A DNA stretch of 64,000 nucleotides from Escherichia coli. Lineage in GTDB: Bacteria; Pseudomonadota; Gammaproteobacteria; Enterobacterales; Enterobacteriaceae. Numbering within the stretch: position 1 is the stretch's first letter; each line of letters opens with the position of its first letter. The notes below the pieces were generated by a model, which made no database searches, was not told where the DNA came from, and was given only the letters and a program-made list of their open reading frames with translations. The stretch lies in NCBI RefSeq assembly GCF_024223415.1, contig NZ_CP100500.1, one strand, 5' to 3'. Both the position numbers and the translations under genes were made by a program. Below are positions 20,404 through 30,608 of the stretch, piece after piece.

Positions 20404-21453
20404 ATGAAACTTTTCAGTTCAAAACAGCGGACAAAAATTTATTTCAAACGGACTGTAATACCAGCAACTTTTCTTTTCGCATCATTTCCCGCTTTTTCAC
20501 AGGATATTGTCACCCTTTATACAACCAGAGAGCCCGGCCTGATTAAGCCACTTCTGGACAGCTGGACAAAAAGCAGCGGTATAAATGTTAATACGGTTTA
20601 TATCAAGGACGGTATGCTGGAGCGGATTAAAGCTGAAGGAAAAAATTCTCCAGCCGATCTACTGATGACCGTCGATGCCGGAAATCTCATTGATTTAGTC
20701 GAAGCGGGAGTCACTCAGCCTGTTGAATCTGAAATACTGAAAACGGCCATTCCGGCAAATCTTCGTGGAGAAAATAACCACTGGTTTGCTTTATCCATGC
20801 GGGCCCGGGTACTGTATGCAGAAAAAAACTTCCCCATTGACAGCCTGCATTATGAACAACTCGCCAGCCCTGAATACAAAGGCAGGGTCTGCATGCGTTC
20901 AGGGCAGCACCCTTATAATACAGCATTGATTGCTGCCATGATCGCCCACCACGGAGAAGAAAAAGCAGAGGAGTGGTTACACGGTCTTAAAACCAACCTG
21001 TCACGAAAAGCAACGGGGGGCGATCGCGACATAGCCCGCGATATTTTAGGAGGGATATGTGACATCGGACTTGCGAATTCTTATTACGTCGGTCATATGA
21101 AAAATGCCAAAGAAGGGACAGATGCACGCAAATGGGGAGATGCAATTAAAGTAATCAAACCAGCCTTCGTGCAGGGAGGGACCCATGTCAACATAACCGG
21201 CGCAGCCGTTGCTCGTTATGCACCGAACAAAGAAAATGCAATAAAACTGATGGAGTATCTCATATCTGTTCCGGCGCAGCAGCAATATGCCAAAGCTAAC
21301 TTTGAGTACCCGGTACTCAAAGGCGTTGATCTTGACCCTGTCATCAGAACCACTATTGGTGAAATAGATGTCGATAAAATTCCGTTAACTGACATCGTAA
21401 AGAACCGCAAACAGGCAAGCTTACTGGTAGATAAAGTTGGGTTCGATCAATAA
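20404..21453 (+). CDS. afuA: ferric iron ABC transporter periplasmic binding protein (AfuA/FbpA family)
   Basis: 349-aa ORF with signal peptide, first gene of a binding protein-permease-ATPase operon. Confidence 0.8.
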   Translation: MKLFSSKQRTKIYFKRTVIPATFLFASFPAFSQDIVTLYTTREPGLIKPLLDSWTKSSGINVNTVYIKDGMLERIKAEGKNSPADLLMTVDAGNLIDLVEAGVTQPVESEILKTAIPANLRGENNHWFALSMRARVLYAEKNFPIDSLHYEQLASPEYKGRVCMRSGQHPYNTALIAAMIAHHGEEKAEEWLHGLKTNLSRKATGGDRDIARDILGGICDIGLANSYYVGHMKNAKEGTDARKWGDAIKVIKPAFVQGGTHVNITGAAVARYAPNKENAIKLMEYLISVPAQQQYAKANFEYPVLKGVDLDPVIRTTIGEIDVDKIPLTDIVKNRKQASLLVDKVGFDQ

Positions 21454-23125
21454 ATCATTTTGGGCTTTAGTGTGGCGTTATCTTTTTTCTGCATTACGTT
21501 CCACGCTAAAGCCTTTACATCTGTGCTCGCTGTGTATCGCACTGGGTGTTCTTACACCTGTCATAACGTTATTCTGGCTGGCAACAGATGCAGACAGTTC
21601 GCAATGGAGCGGTTTTTTAACGTTTGTGCTACCTTCCGCTCTGCAGAATACCGTTATTCTGTTAACGGGTGTTGCTGTAATGACATGCGTTCTTGGTGTG
21701 GGGTGCGCCTGGGCAGTGACTGTCTGGGATTTTCCCGGCCGAAAAATGCTCAGCTGGGCATTAGTGTTACCTCTGGCCATGCCTGCCTATATTGTTGCTT
21801 TTGCATGGCTCGATCTCCTGCATCCCCTGGGGCCTCTGCAAAATTTTATCCGTCTTTTATCGGGATTTGACAGTCCCCGTCAGTTTCGTCTGCCGGATTT
21901 GCGCTCCCTTCCCGGAGCGATAATATTACTCGGTCTTGTACTGTATCCTTATGTCTACCTGACCTGCCGACCGGTGTTTATCAATCAGTCCGCTCACTTA
22001 CTGGAGGCAGCACGAACATTAGGTTGTGGCCCTGTCTCTGCTTTTTTCCGGGTAACGCTACCTCTGGCACGCCCAGCAATAGTGACAGGTATGAGTCTGG
22101 CCCTTCTGGAAACCCTGAACGACATTGGTGCATCTGAATTTCTCGGTATCCGGACAATCACAGTAACAGTCTACACCACATGGATATCACGCTCTGATCT
22201 TGCCGGTGCTGCACAAATTGCCGGCATAGTTCTGACATTTGTCTTCATGATTCTGGGTCTTGAATTTTTGTTCCGGAGAAAACAGGTATTCAGTAGTCGC
22301 AGTATGCGGGGAATACAACAAATCAGGATTTATGGCTGGCGTGGATGGTTGCTGTGCAGCATTACAGCACTGCCCGTTATTCTGGGATTTTGCGCACCTG
22401 TATTATTCCTGGGATGGGAAAGTGCAAAGCGTCTCGGAGAAGGGATTACGATATCTTCATCATTGCTGTCAGCACTGAAAAATACATTGTTTCTCGCATC
22501 CGGTACGACCCTGATTGTATCAGGGGTCAGTTTACTGGTGGTCTGGAGCGCACGGCACAGTGTACTGAACAGCCGTTTCATCGAATTCCGACGAACGGTC
22601 ATGCACCTGGCATCTTCAGGATATGCTGTTCCCGGTACTATTCTTGCTATCGGCTTTCTGCCGCCTGCAATGCTGGTTGATCACTGGCTCGCTGGTCTTC
22701 TTAATATCAGCGGCCTTCCCCTCATGTCTGCAGGTATACTGTTAGTTATTTGCTGTGCGATTCGTTTCCTGGCCATTTCAACCGGAGCGCTTGATTCAGC
22801 CCTTGGTCGCATACCGCCGTCACTGGAACAGGCATCACGATTACTGGGAGAAAATGGCGCAGGGACTTTTGTCAGAGTTCATTTGCCATTACTTCGCCCT
22901 GCTCTGATCAGCAGTGCGCTGCTGGTTTTCTCCGACGTGATGAAAGAACTGCCGACCACCTTACTGCTACGACCTGTTAACTTTGAGACCCTGTCCACAC
23001 TCCTGTATGCGGAAGCGGCACGTGGAACCTACGAACAGGGCGCAATTGCTGCACTGTTAATCGTACTTGCCGGCATACTCCCTGTGATTTTATTAGTACG
23101 CAGGCAAATGAACAGTCACCACTAA
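21437..23125 (+). CDS. afuB: ferric iron ABC transporter permease (AfuB/FbpB family)
   Basis: 562-aa polytopic membrane protein with duplicated permease halves; overlaps afuA stop. Confidence 0.8.
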   Translation: MGSINKSFWALVWRYLFSALRSTLKPLHLCSLCIALGVLTPVITLFWLATDADSSQWSGFLTFVLPSALQNTVILLTGVAVMTCVLGVGCAWAVTVWDFPGRKMLSWALVLPLAMPAYIVAFAWLDLLHPLGPLQNFIRLLSGFDSPRQFRLPDLRSLPGAIILLGLVLYPYVYLTCRPVFINQSAHLLEAARTLGCGPVSAFFRVTLPLARPAIVTGMSLALLETLNDIGASEFLGIRTITVTVYTTWISRSDLAGAAQIAGIVLTFVFMILGLEFLFRRKQVFSSRSMRGIQQIRIYGWRGWLLCSITALPVILGFCAPVLFLGWESAKRLGEGITISSSLLSALKNTLFLASGTTLIVSGVSLLVVWSARHSVLNSRFIEFRRTVMHLASSGYAVPGTILAIGFLPPAMLVDHWLAGLLNISGLPLMSAGILLVICCAIRFLAISTGALDSALGRIPPSLEQASRLLGENGAGTFVRVHLPLLRPALISSALLVFSDVMKELPTTLLLRPVNFETLSTLLYAEAARGTYEQGAIAALLIVLAGILPVILLVRRQMNSHH

Positions 23126-23140
23126 AGGAACCCAACCACC

Positions 23141-23818
23141 ATGTCAGAAATTGCCCTGAGTCTTAATGATGTTCATGTTGTTTATACCAGAAGCAGACAG
23201 GTCGTGTTACAGGGTTTTTCAATGTCCGTTCATAAAGGTGAACTTGTATGTCTGCTTGGCGTTTCAGGTTGTGGAAAAACAACCGTATTACGAACTGTAG
23301 CAGGCCTGGAACGATTACAACAAGGTGAAATATTCATATCACAACGCTGTGTAGCCGGAGCCGGAATTCATCTCCCCCCGGAAAAGCGCAGGGTCGGAAT
23401 GGTCTTTCAGGAATATGCTCTGTTTCCCCACCTGACAGTAACACAAAATGTAGCCTTTGGTCTGCGCCATCTGCCTTATGAACTACAGCATGCCAGAGTC
23501 ACTGAACTTCTGAAAATGGTTGAATTATTATCCTGTGCAAAGCGCTATCCTCATGAACTCTCAGGTGGACAGCAACAACGTATTGCACTTGCCAGAGCAC
23601 TGGCCCCGGCCCCTGATATTTTGTTACTGGATGAGCCATTTTCCAGTCTGGATAAACAAACCAGTGAATACCTAGTGAAAGAAGTACGGGACCTGTTACG
23701 TAGTTCAGGTCAGACAGCCCTGATCGTTACTCATAATGAATCAGAAGCACTCGAAATATCAAACCGTATTTGTATCATGACGGAGGGTAATATAAGTTCG
23801 GTTCAGTCTGTGGTCTGA
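23141..23818 (+). CDS. afuC: ferric iron ABC transporter ATP-binding protein, short form (ATPase core only)
   Basis: Walker A GVSGCGKTT, signature LSGGQQQRIALARAL, Walker B ILLLDEP, H-loop VTHNESEA; 225 aa, no C-terminal extension. Confidence 0.8.
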   Translation: MSEIALSLNDVHVVYTRSRQVVLQGFSMSVHKGELVCLLGVSGCGKTTVLRTVAGLERLQQGEIFISQRCVAGAGIHLPPEKRRVGMVFQEYALFPHLTVTQNVAFGLRHLPYELQHARVTELLKMVELLSCAKRYPHELSGGQQQRIALARALAPAPDILLLDEPFSSLDKQTSEYLVKEVRDLLRSSGQTALIVTHNESEALEISNRICIMTEGNISSVQSVV

Positions 23819-24625
23819 GACGTAACCGCACATTCAGGATCCCCTGTTCGTCATGGAAGCTGTATTATGTAACTATATGGAGGCATAGCAGATATTGTTG
23901 AAGAAATACATCAAAAACACTCACATTTCTGGTACAACAGGAGTTGTAGATTTAATGATTATTGGGACGAAGTTACTACAGAAAAGCTGTACCGGGAACA
24001 GGTATGGTAGTTCCTTGTCACGTGTGGATTAAATGAGCATAATGCAGATCAATTACAAAAGGCATTTCGTAATAGCTCTGTTGTTGATTCGGTTACCATG
24101 ATGGCTGTGGCAAGAGCCACCATGTGACTATACATGATATAATTATTTGTGTGATGTTGTTATACCTGAACAACAGGCATGAGATAATGGAAAAAATTAT
24201 ACATATAACTCGGCTTTCCCATACTCCACTACAGAACAGTATATGATTCTGAACATTTCAATCTAGGCGCATTACATAACTATATTACATGTAACTATCT
24301 GGCCCTCAAATCATCGAGAGAATTGTTTAAAGTCAGCAGTCATAATCTGAATATAGATCATTATCACATAATTTAATTCTTAATTCACTACATTTTCCCT
24401 TGAATCCGGTATAATAAGACAGAGCACATGGCTGATGCTTTGTTTCGGTGTGGATAATCTGGTGGCGTCGGCTATGTGCTCTCAACAGTTAACTTATTAT
24501 GAATACTATTATCAATACAGGTTTTACATAAAAAATAAAAAGCATCTCCTGATATCAGCCCAGTCTCTTTGGGCTAACCAGAATTATACATAAGCTATGC
24601 AGATATTAATTTGCATACAAAACCA

Positions 24626-25108
24626 TTATTTTCTTGAGCACACTATACTAATGTATCCCAGAAGAGGTCCTGTGCATAATCCTGTTGCTGCCCATAATAC
24701 AGCAAGTGAAATATCAGGACCATCTGTATCCGGATAAAATCCTCCATAATAAACAGCAAATACAGTAGAGTATGCATTGAATGCAGGTAAACTACTGTTC
24801 ATGCACGGTATCTGAAGGAGTAAAAGAAGAACATACACTGTTATTATTACTGATATAATGATTGCCAACATGGCAGAAATGTGCAGGGATATCATGTAAT
24901 TTATAGCAGCAATACATAACACAGACGTTGCTATACCGGGAAGTAATGAAGCATAAATTTTCTTTAATATGTCAGGCGTCGCTCCCAGAGCATAGTACCA
25001 TGCCCAGCCAATAAATATAGCCCACACAGGAATATTAATCCCCGGCCATGAAGCCAGGCATGACAGCCCTGCTAACAGGGCTATGGTAAGATTCATCGGT
25101 AATTTCAT
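24626..25108 (-). CDS. hypothetical integral membrane protein (last gene of the carboxylase operon)
   Basis: 160-aa ORF, four or five hydrophobic helices, 15 nt downstream of the PxpC-like gene. Confidence 0.6.
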   Translation of the reverse strand: MKLPMNLTIALLAGLSCLASWPGINIPVWAIFIGWAWYYALGATPDILKKIYASLLPGIATSVLCIAAINYMISLHISAMLAIIISVIITVYVLLLLLQIPCMNSSLPAFNAYSTVFAVYYGGFYPDTDGPDISLAVLWAATGLCTGPLLGYISIVCSRK

Positions 25109-25122
25109 TTCAGACGCACCTG

Positions 25123-26109
25123 TTATGAGCCATAAGATAATGAATTAATGAGAAGGTTGAGTCTTTCATTAAATTCTTTACGGATTTCCAGAGCTTTATC
25201 CATACTGACTTGTGAAAATGTCACACTGGAGCCGGGTGCAAGTTGAGCCAGAATATCGAGATCAGTACTCACTACTGTCCCCACTGTCATATATCCCCCT
25301 CCTGATACAGCATCCCTGTGCAAAACTATTGGTGTGCTTCCAGAGGGAACCTGAATTGATCCCACGGGATAACAGGCATCAACGATATTTGATGGATCTG
25401 AACCAGCACCAAATGGCGGGTGCCGATCAACAAAATTAAGTGAGCGCCCTCCCTGAAACCTGAAACCTGTTCTGTCTGAATCCTTACTGATCTTCCATAC
25501 ATCATCAAAAAAACTTTCAACTGATTCCTGTTTCAGGCGATGGATATACATTCCGGGTACAACACGTAATTCATTTTCTTTAGTAAAAACTGGACGTAAC
25601 TCATCTGGCAGAGTGTAATTTATACGCCCTTTATTACATATTGCTTCCTGTACGGGTAATTCATCTCCGGCCTGTAACCGACGTCCTTTATAACCACCAA
25701 GACTGCCAAGGAGGTAAGTAGAACGACTTCCGGCAATAACAGGGACATTAATACCTCCCGCGATGGCAAGGTAACAGCGTACACCCACCGTGGTGTATGC
25801 GATTTTTAATATCTGTCCTTTCCGGGCTAACAGGGATGTATTCACCGGAACACTCTGATTATCCAGGGTCACCGTAAAAGGGGCACCGCTGACTGCAAAA
25901 AGAGTATCCTGCTCAAACAAGAGTTCGGGCCCCAGTAATGTGCATTCCAGCGCTGCATCAAACGGGTGATTACCGACAAGCAAATTGGCGGTAACTAACC
26001 CTGTACGATCTAATGCACCGGATGGCGGGATCCCGAGATGATAAAAGCCTTCTCGTCCTCCGTCCTGAACGGACGTGGATAATCCGGGCGTCAATACTTT
26101 AATTCCCAT
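25123..26109 (-). CDS. biotin-dependent carboxyltransferase family protein (allophanate hydrolase subunit 2 / PxpC-like)
   Basis: Start placed at MGIKVLTPGLSTSVQDGGREG; overlaps upstream gene by 11 nt. Confidence 0.8.
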   Translation of the reverse strand: MGIKVLTPGLSTSVQDGGREGFYHLGIPPSGALDRTGLVTANLLVGNHPFDAALECTLLGPELLFEQDTLFAVSGAPFTVTLDNQSVPVNTSLLARKGQILKIAYTTVGVRCYLAIAGGINVPVIAGSRSTYLLGSLGGYKGRRLQAGDELPVQEAICNKGRINYTLPDELRPVFTKENELRVVPGMYIHRLKQESVESFFDDVWKISKDSDRTGFRFQGGRSLNFVDRHPPFGAGSDPSNIVDACYPVGSIQVPSGSTPIVLHRDAVSGGGYMTVGTVVSTDLDILAQLAPGSSVTFSQVSMDKALEIRKEFNERLNLLINSLSYGS

Positions 26110-26983
26110 ACAGTTCTCCCAGTAAATTTTTAGTATAATCTTCAGGATTTTCTTCAAATGCGTTCAAATCAAAATTTACAGGCCTGATAAGTAATTCAAA
26201 ATTACCAGATTCCACATCACTTATACATTGATTATATTGTTCAGTATTGATCGCCCTGAACTTAATGATGTCCCCTGCCCGGAAAAACACCATAGAGTCT
26301 TTGAAATATGATAATTTCTGTTCTGTGTCATAAATCGGAGCTGGTGTTATACCGAACAATTGATACCCACCTGCCCCCCGGACTGGATATATAGCCCCGA
26401 AGCACCCGCCATGACCAACAGAATGTTTTGGTGTATCAGTTCTGGGAACAAGATATTTTGGAACCTGGATTTGCTTTTTCCGGTCAACCATCTGATACAT
26501 AAAAGGCAGCCCGGCAACGAAGCCAACCATAGAAACAAACCAGGGACTTGAATGATGGGCCTCAATAAACGTCTGAACATCCGGATATCCGTTTATTTCA
26601 GCAGCATACTCAAGATCGGTTAATGCCGGGTTTTGATGATTATTCCGGAACCGCATCAGGGTTTCATGAGTCCATGGATCATTATACAATACAGGAATTT
26701 CAATTATACGTGTCTGTAGTGTCATTTCTCCATTCCCGGAGAGCACATTAACATTTCGTATCTGTTGTAACAAATCATCAGGGTGTATAATGTCGGGATT
26801 AAATCTTATCTGACATGATGCATTTGCAAGGCAAATATCGAGCACACCATTAATATTTAATGATTCTATTTTTCTCGTAAGAGACAAGCTGTGAAAAAAT
26901 GCTTTAAGAGACATTTCCTCACTGACTTCGATGAAAAGATGCTCATCAGCACCAAATGTATAGCGCAAATTTATATCAGTCAT
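26099..26983 (-). CDS. allophanate hydrolase subunit 1 / PxpB-like (KipI family)
   Basis: 294-aa ORF in the conserved position between the biotin carboxylase and the PxpC-like gene. Confidence 0.75.
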   Translation of the reverse strand: MTDINLRYTFGADEHLFIEVSEEMSLKAFFHSLSLTRKIESLNINGVLDICLANASCQIRFNPDIIHPDDLLQQIRNVNVLSGNGEMTLQTRIIEIPVLYNDPWTHETLMRFRNNHQNPALTDLEYAAEINGYPDVQTFIEAHHSSPWFVSMVGFVAGLPFMYQMVDRKKQIQVPKYLVPRTDTPKHSVGHGGCFGAIYPVRGAGGYQLFGITPAPIYDTEQKLSYFKDSMVFFRAGDIIKFRAINTEQYNQCISDVESGNFELLIRPVNFDLNAFEENPEDYTKNLLGELYGN

Positions 26984-26992
26984 ACAGGTTCC

Positions 26993-28354
26993 TCATTTAA
27001 ATGCACCGGTATTCAGCCAGTCTTCAAGCGTTTTATTATGAAACTGAGCATTTCTGAAAAACTCAGCTGATAATAATGCTTCATGAAGAGGTATAGTTGT
27101 ATGAACGCCTTCTATTTGCATATTACCAAGGGTCTCCCGGGCAAGACTTATCGTTTTTTCTCTGCTGTCAGTATGAATAATAAGTTTTGCCAGTAAAGAA
27201 TCATACCAGAGAGGCATCTTATACCCTTCAAACATGTGAGTATCGACTCTTATTCCCTGCCCTTCAGGTATCTGCAATACCGATATTGTTCCGGGACTGG
27301 GCATAAAACCATTGTAAGGATTTTCTGCATTAATCCTCATTTCAATTGCAGCTCCCTGTAACGTAATCTCATCCTGTCCAAACGACAGAGAGTCGCCCCC
27401 GGCAATTCTCAGCATCCAGTCGATAATATCAATGCCTGTGACCATTTCTGTAACCGGATGTTCAACCTGAATCCGCGTATTCATTTCAATAAAAAAGAAT
27501 TCCCCGCTCCGGTCATCGACCAGGTACTCAATAGTTCCTGCGCTTGAATAATTCAGCATTCTGGCGAGATTCAGTGCACTCTGACATAAGGCCTCACGTA
27601 GTGACGCTGAAACAGAAGGCGATGGCGCTTCTTCTGTCACTTTTTGTCTTTTTCTCTGCAGAGAACACTCTCGTTCAAACAGGTGAACGATGTTTTTTCC
27701 GTCTCCAAGGATCTGAACTTCAACATGACGGGCTTCCGGTATATAACGTTCCAGATATACACCATCGTGCCCGAAAGCTGCTTTTGCTTCAGCACGCGCT
27801 ACTGTATATTCATGCACCAGCTGTTCCGGAGAATGTACAATCCGTATCCCCTTCCCGCCTCCCCCGGCCGAGGCCTTTATCAATAAAGGATATCCGGTAA
27901 TATCCGATGCTACTGATAATGCCTCCTCAGGGCTTATAACCTCGCCATTTGAGCCTGGTACAACCGGGACACCTGCCTTTATCGCGCAATCTCTCGCGAT
28001 TGCTTTATCCCCCATTTGCTCAATAATCTGAGGAGATGGCCCAACAAAAATAAGCCCTGCATCGAGCACCGCACGGGCAAAAGACGCATTCTCCGACAGA
28101 AAACCATATCCGGGATGAATGGCCTGAGCGCCAGACTGAAGGGCTGCATCAATTATCTTCTTTCCGTCCAGATAACTGTCATCGGCACGGGATTTACCTA
28201 TGACAATAACTTCATCGGCGCTCTTTGCCGGAAGAGAATTGATGTCTGATTCGCTACATGCCAGCACCGTTTTTATATTCAGCTTCTTTGCACTTCGTAT
28301 AATTCGTAATGCAATCTCACCTCTGTTGGCAATAAGCAGTTTTTGAATACTCAT
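26993..28354 (-). CDS. biotin carboxylase (AccC paralogue, ATP-grasp)
   Basis: 453 aa MSIQKLLIANRGEIALRIIRSAK...; ATP-grasp motifs; ...EMNTRIQVEHPVTE. Confidence 0.9.
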   Translation of the reverse strand: MSIQKLLIANRGEIALRIIRSAKKLNIKTVLACSESDINSLPAKSADEVIVIGKSRADDSYLDGKKIIDAALQSGAQAIHPGYGFLSENASFARAVLDAGLIFVGPSPQIIEQMGDKAIARDCAIKAGVPVVPGSNGEVISPEEALSVASDITGYPLLIKASAGGGGKGIRIVHSPEQLVHEYTVARAEAKAAFGHDGVYLERYIPEARHVEVQILGDGKNIVHLFERECSLQRKRQKVTEEAPSPSVSASLREALCQSALNLARMLNYSSAGTIEYLVDDRSGEFFFIEMNTRIQVEHPVTEMVTGIDIIDWMLRIAGGDSLSFGQDEITLQGAAIEMRINAENPYNGFMPSPGTISVLQIPEGQGIRVDTHMFEGYKMPLWYDSLLAKLIIHTDSREKTISLARETLGNMQIEGVHTTIPLHEALLSAEFFRNAQFHNKTLEDWLNTGAFK

Positions 28355-28364
28355 GCTCAGTTCC

Positions 28365-28622
28365 TTATATTATTTCTATGGTAGCCAGTACCTGACCAGG
28401 TTCCACTTCCTCCCCATTCTCCACCTTAAACTGGATATTAGTCCCGGTTGTTTCAGCATGAATTTCGTTAAACTGCTTCATTATTTCAATCAACCCAATG
28501 ACGGTACTCTCCTGAACAGTGTCACCATTCTCCAGAAACGGGGCACTATCAGGTGCTGGTTTCCGATAAAATACACCAGGTAAAGGTGAAAGAATTTCTG
28601 TAACAGCCATAACATCCTCCAT
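28365..28622 (-). CDS. biotin carboxyl carrier protein (biotinyl domain)
   Basis: 85-aa ORF with biotin-attachment-like EIMKQ motif. Confidence 0.75.
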   Translation of the reverse strand: MEDVMAVTEILSPLPGVFYRKPAPDSAPFLENGDTVQESTVIGLIEIMKQFNEIHAETTGTNIQFKVENGEEVEPGQVLATIEII

Positions 28623-28627
28623 GTATA

Positions 28628-29389
28628 TCAGTTTTGAGAATTTACACTTATGTCTGCCTCACGTAAGGCTTTATTTATTGCAATCAGAAGAGATAAGGCA
28701 CCGGGCGTATCACTATGGACACAGACAGAAGAGAAATGAATGTCAATATCCTGATCTTCTACAGTACGAACTTTTCCCTCCAGACAGGCACGCAGCACTT
28801 TTTTTGCGACATCATCAGGATTAAGAGGTTCAGTTCTCCGTATAAATACAATGGAACCGCTTTGATCATAATCCCTGTCGGCATAAAACTCACAAATAAC
28901 AGGATGTCCGATTTGCGTCGCTTCTTTCCAGATGGCACTACCATACATGCAATATATTCTCAATTCAGGCGCATAACTATGAAGCGTTGAGACAAAATGC
29001 TTTGCAGCATCCCGATCATGAGCAAGATGCATATACAACGCGCCATGAGGCTTAACATGGTTTACAGGCACATTGTGTAATGTGGCAAATTCACGCAAGG
29101 CCCCCAGCTGATAAATCATGTCATTGGTGATTTCCTCTGCGGTGCAGTGAATATGACGCCGGCCAAAACCAGCCAGATCACGATAACCGGGATGAGCACC
29201 GACAGACACACCACTGTCACGGGCGCTGATTATTGTACGGTGCATAATCCCCGGATCACCTGCATGAAAACCTGTCGCTATATTCGCTGAGGAGATGTAT
29301 GGCATAATATCAATATCCCGGATATCTCCGAGAGTCCATGCTCCAAAGCTTTCCCCCATATCAGAGCTGATATCAATACTGCGAAGCAT
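28628..29389 (-). CDS. LamB/YcsF family protein (5-oxoprolinase subunit A / PxpA-like)
   Basis: Start at MLRSIDISSDMGESFGAW with GGAGG Shine-Dalgarno; track ORF extends to 29437. Confidence 0.8.
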   Translation of the reverse strand: MLRSIDISSDMGESFGAWTLGDIRDIDIMPYISSANIATGFHAGDPGIMHRTIISARDSGVSVGAHPGYRDLAGFGRRHIHCTAEEITNDMIYQLGALREFATLHNVPVNHVKPHGALYMHLAHDRDAAKHFVSTLHSYAPELRIYCMYGSAIWKEATQIGHPVICEFYADRDYDQSGSIVFIRRTEPLNPDDVAKKVLRACLEGKVRTVEDQDIDIHFSSVCVHSDTPGALSLLIAINKALREADISVNSQN

Positions 29390-29531
29390 TAAAACCTCCG
29401 TCTGACAAATACGGTAACAGTATGTCATGTAGCACATTTGTTTCTTTATTGTAAATTATTATTTTTCTATGGTAATATATTAAATTTATTTATAATTACT
29501 GTTGCAAAAATATCTTTATCAGGAAAATTTG

Positions 29532-30467
29532 ATGAACATCACACTCAGACAGATAAAATATTTCGTATCAACAGCGGAGTCCGGATCGTTATCAACTGCA
29601 GCCAAATCACTCAATATTTCACAGTCTGCGATAACAACAGCAATTCAGGGGCTTGAAAGGGACATCGGTTATAAATTACTGATTCGCTCAAAATCTGGCG
29701 TTGATTTAACAGATGAGGGAAGACTGTTCTTATACAATGCCTACAATATTATCCGGACATATGATGAGGCAATAAATACAGTGCATGTTCAGAAGCCTTT
29801 GCATGGAACAGTTTCCATTGCGGCGACTTATACAATAATGGGATATTTTTTACCTGTTCATCTGAAACAATTTTCAAGAATTTATCCACATATAAAGCTG
29901 GAGCTTTTTGAAAATCAAAGAAGCATTATTGAAACCGGACTTCTCAGCGGAAAATATGATATTGGGATTGTAATCAATGATAATCTGACATGTCCCGATA
30001 TTGTATCAGAAACACTGTTACGGTCGGAGCGCCGTATATGGTTACCATCCGGCCACCCTCTGCTGGAAAAAGAAATTCTCTCCCTGAATGATATTGTCTC
30101 AGAGCCTTTTATTATCCTTGATGTGGATGAAGCATGGGAAACAGCAAAACGTTACTGGAATACGGCCAGTACCATGCCAGATGTAATTTTACATACGCAT
30201 TCTATTGAAGCTGTACGAAGTATGGTTGCGAATGATATGGGTATAACCATTCTTTCTGACATGGTTTATCGCCCATGGTCGCTTGAAGGGAAACGTATAG
30301 AAACACGCGCATTATCTAAATCAGAAGTTTTCCCAATGAGTATTGGCCTGGCATGGCGTAATAATGTTGAGTTTACGCCTGCAATGCAGGCTTTCATCAA
30401 TTATTTCAGAAAGATTTTTATGTGTTCTCCCGGTTATCAAAACCGGAATGTTGACCACTTTATCTGA
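29532..30467 (+). CDS. LysR-family transcriptional regulator, divergent from the carboxylase operon
   Basis: MNITLRQIKYFVSTAESGSLSTAAKSLNISQSAITTAIQGLE... (helix-turn-helix); track ORF begins 30 nt upstream. Confidence 0.85.
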   Translation: MNITLRQIKYFVSTAESGSLSTAAKSLNISQSAITTAIQGLERDIGYKLLIRSKSGVDLTDEGRLFLYNAYNIIRTYDEAINTVHVQKPLHGTVSIAATYTIMGYFLPVHLKQFSRIYPHIKLELFENQRSIIETGLLSGKYDIGIVINDNLTCPDIVSETLLRSERRIWLPSGHPLLEKEILSLNDIVSEPFIILDVDEAWETAKRYWNTASTMPDVILHTHSIEAVRSMVANDMGITILSDMVYRPWSLEGKRIETRALSKSEVFPMSIGLAWRNNVEFTPAMQAFINYFRKIFMCSPGYQNRNVDHFI

Positions 30468-30608
30468 TGTGTTAAAGACATCACTTTATTATTACCACTA
30501 TAGCTGAACTCATTGAAGATGATTAACTACTGTCTGCTCAGAGAAACGATGTAAAGTGAAATGTGAATACTCCTGACCAGAGTGTTGTTCCCTCTGTTAC
30601 CAGCCACC

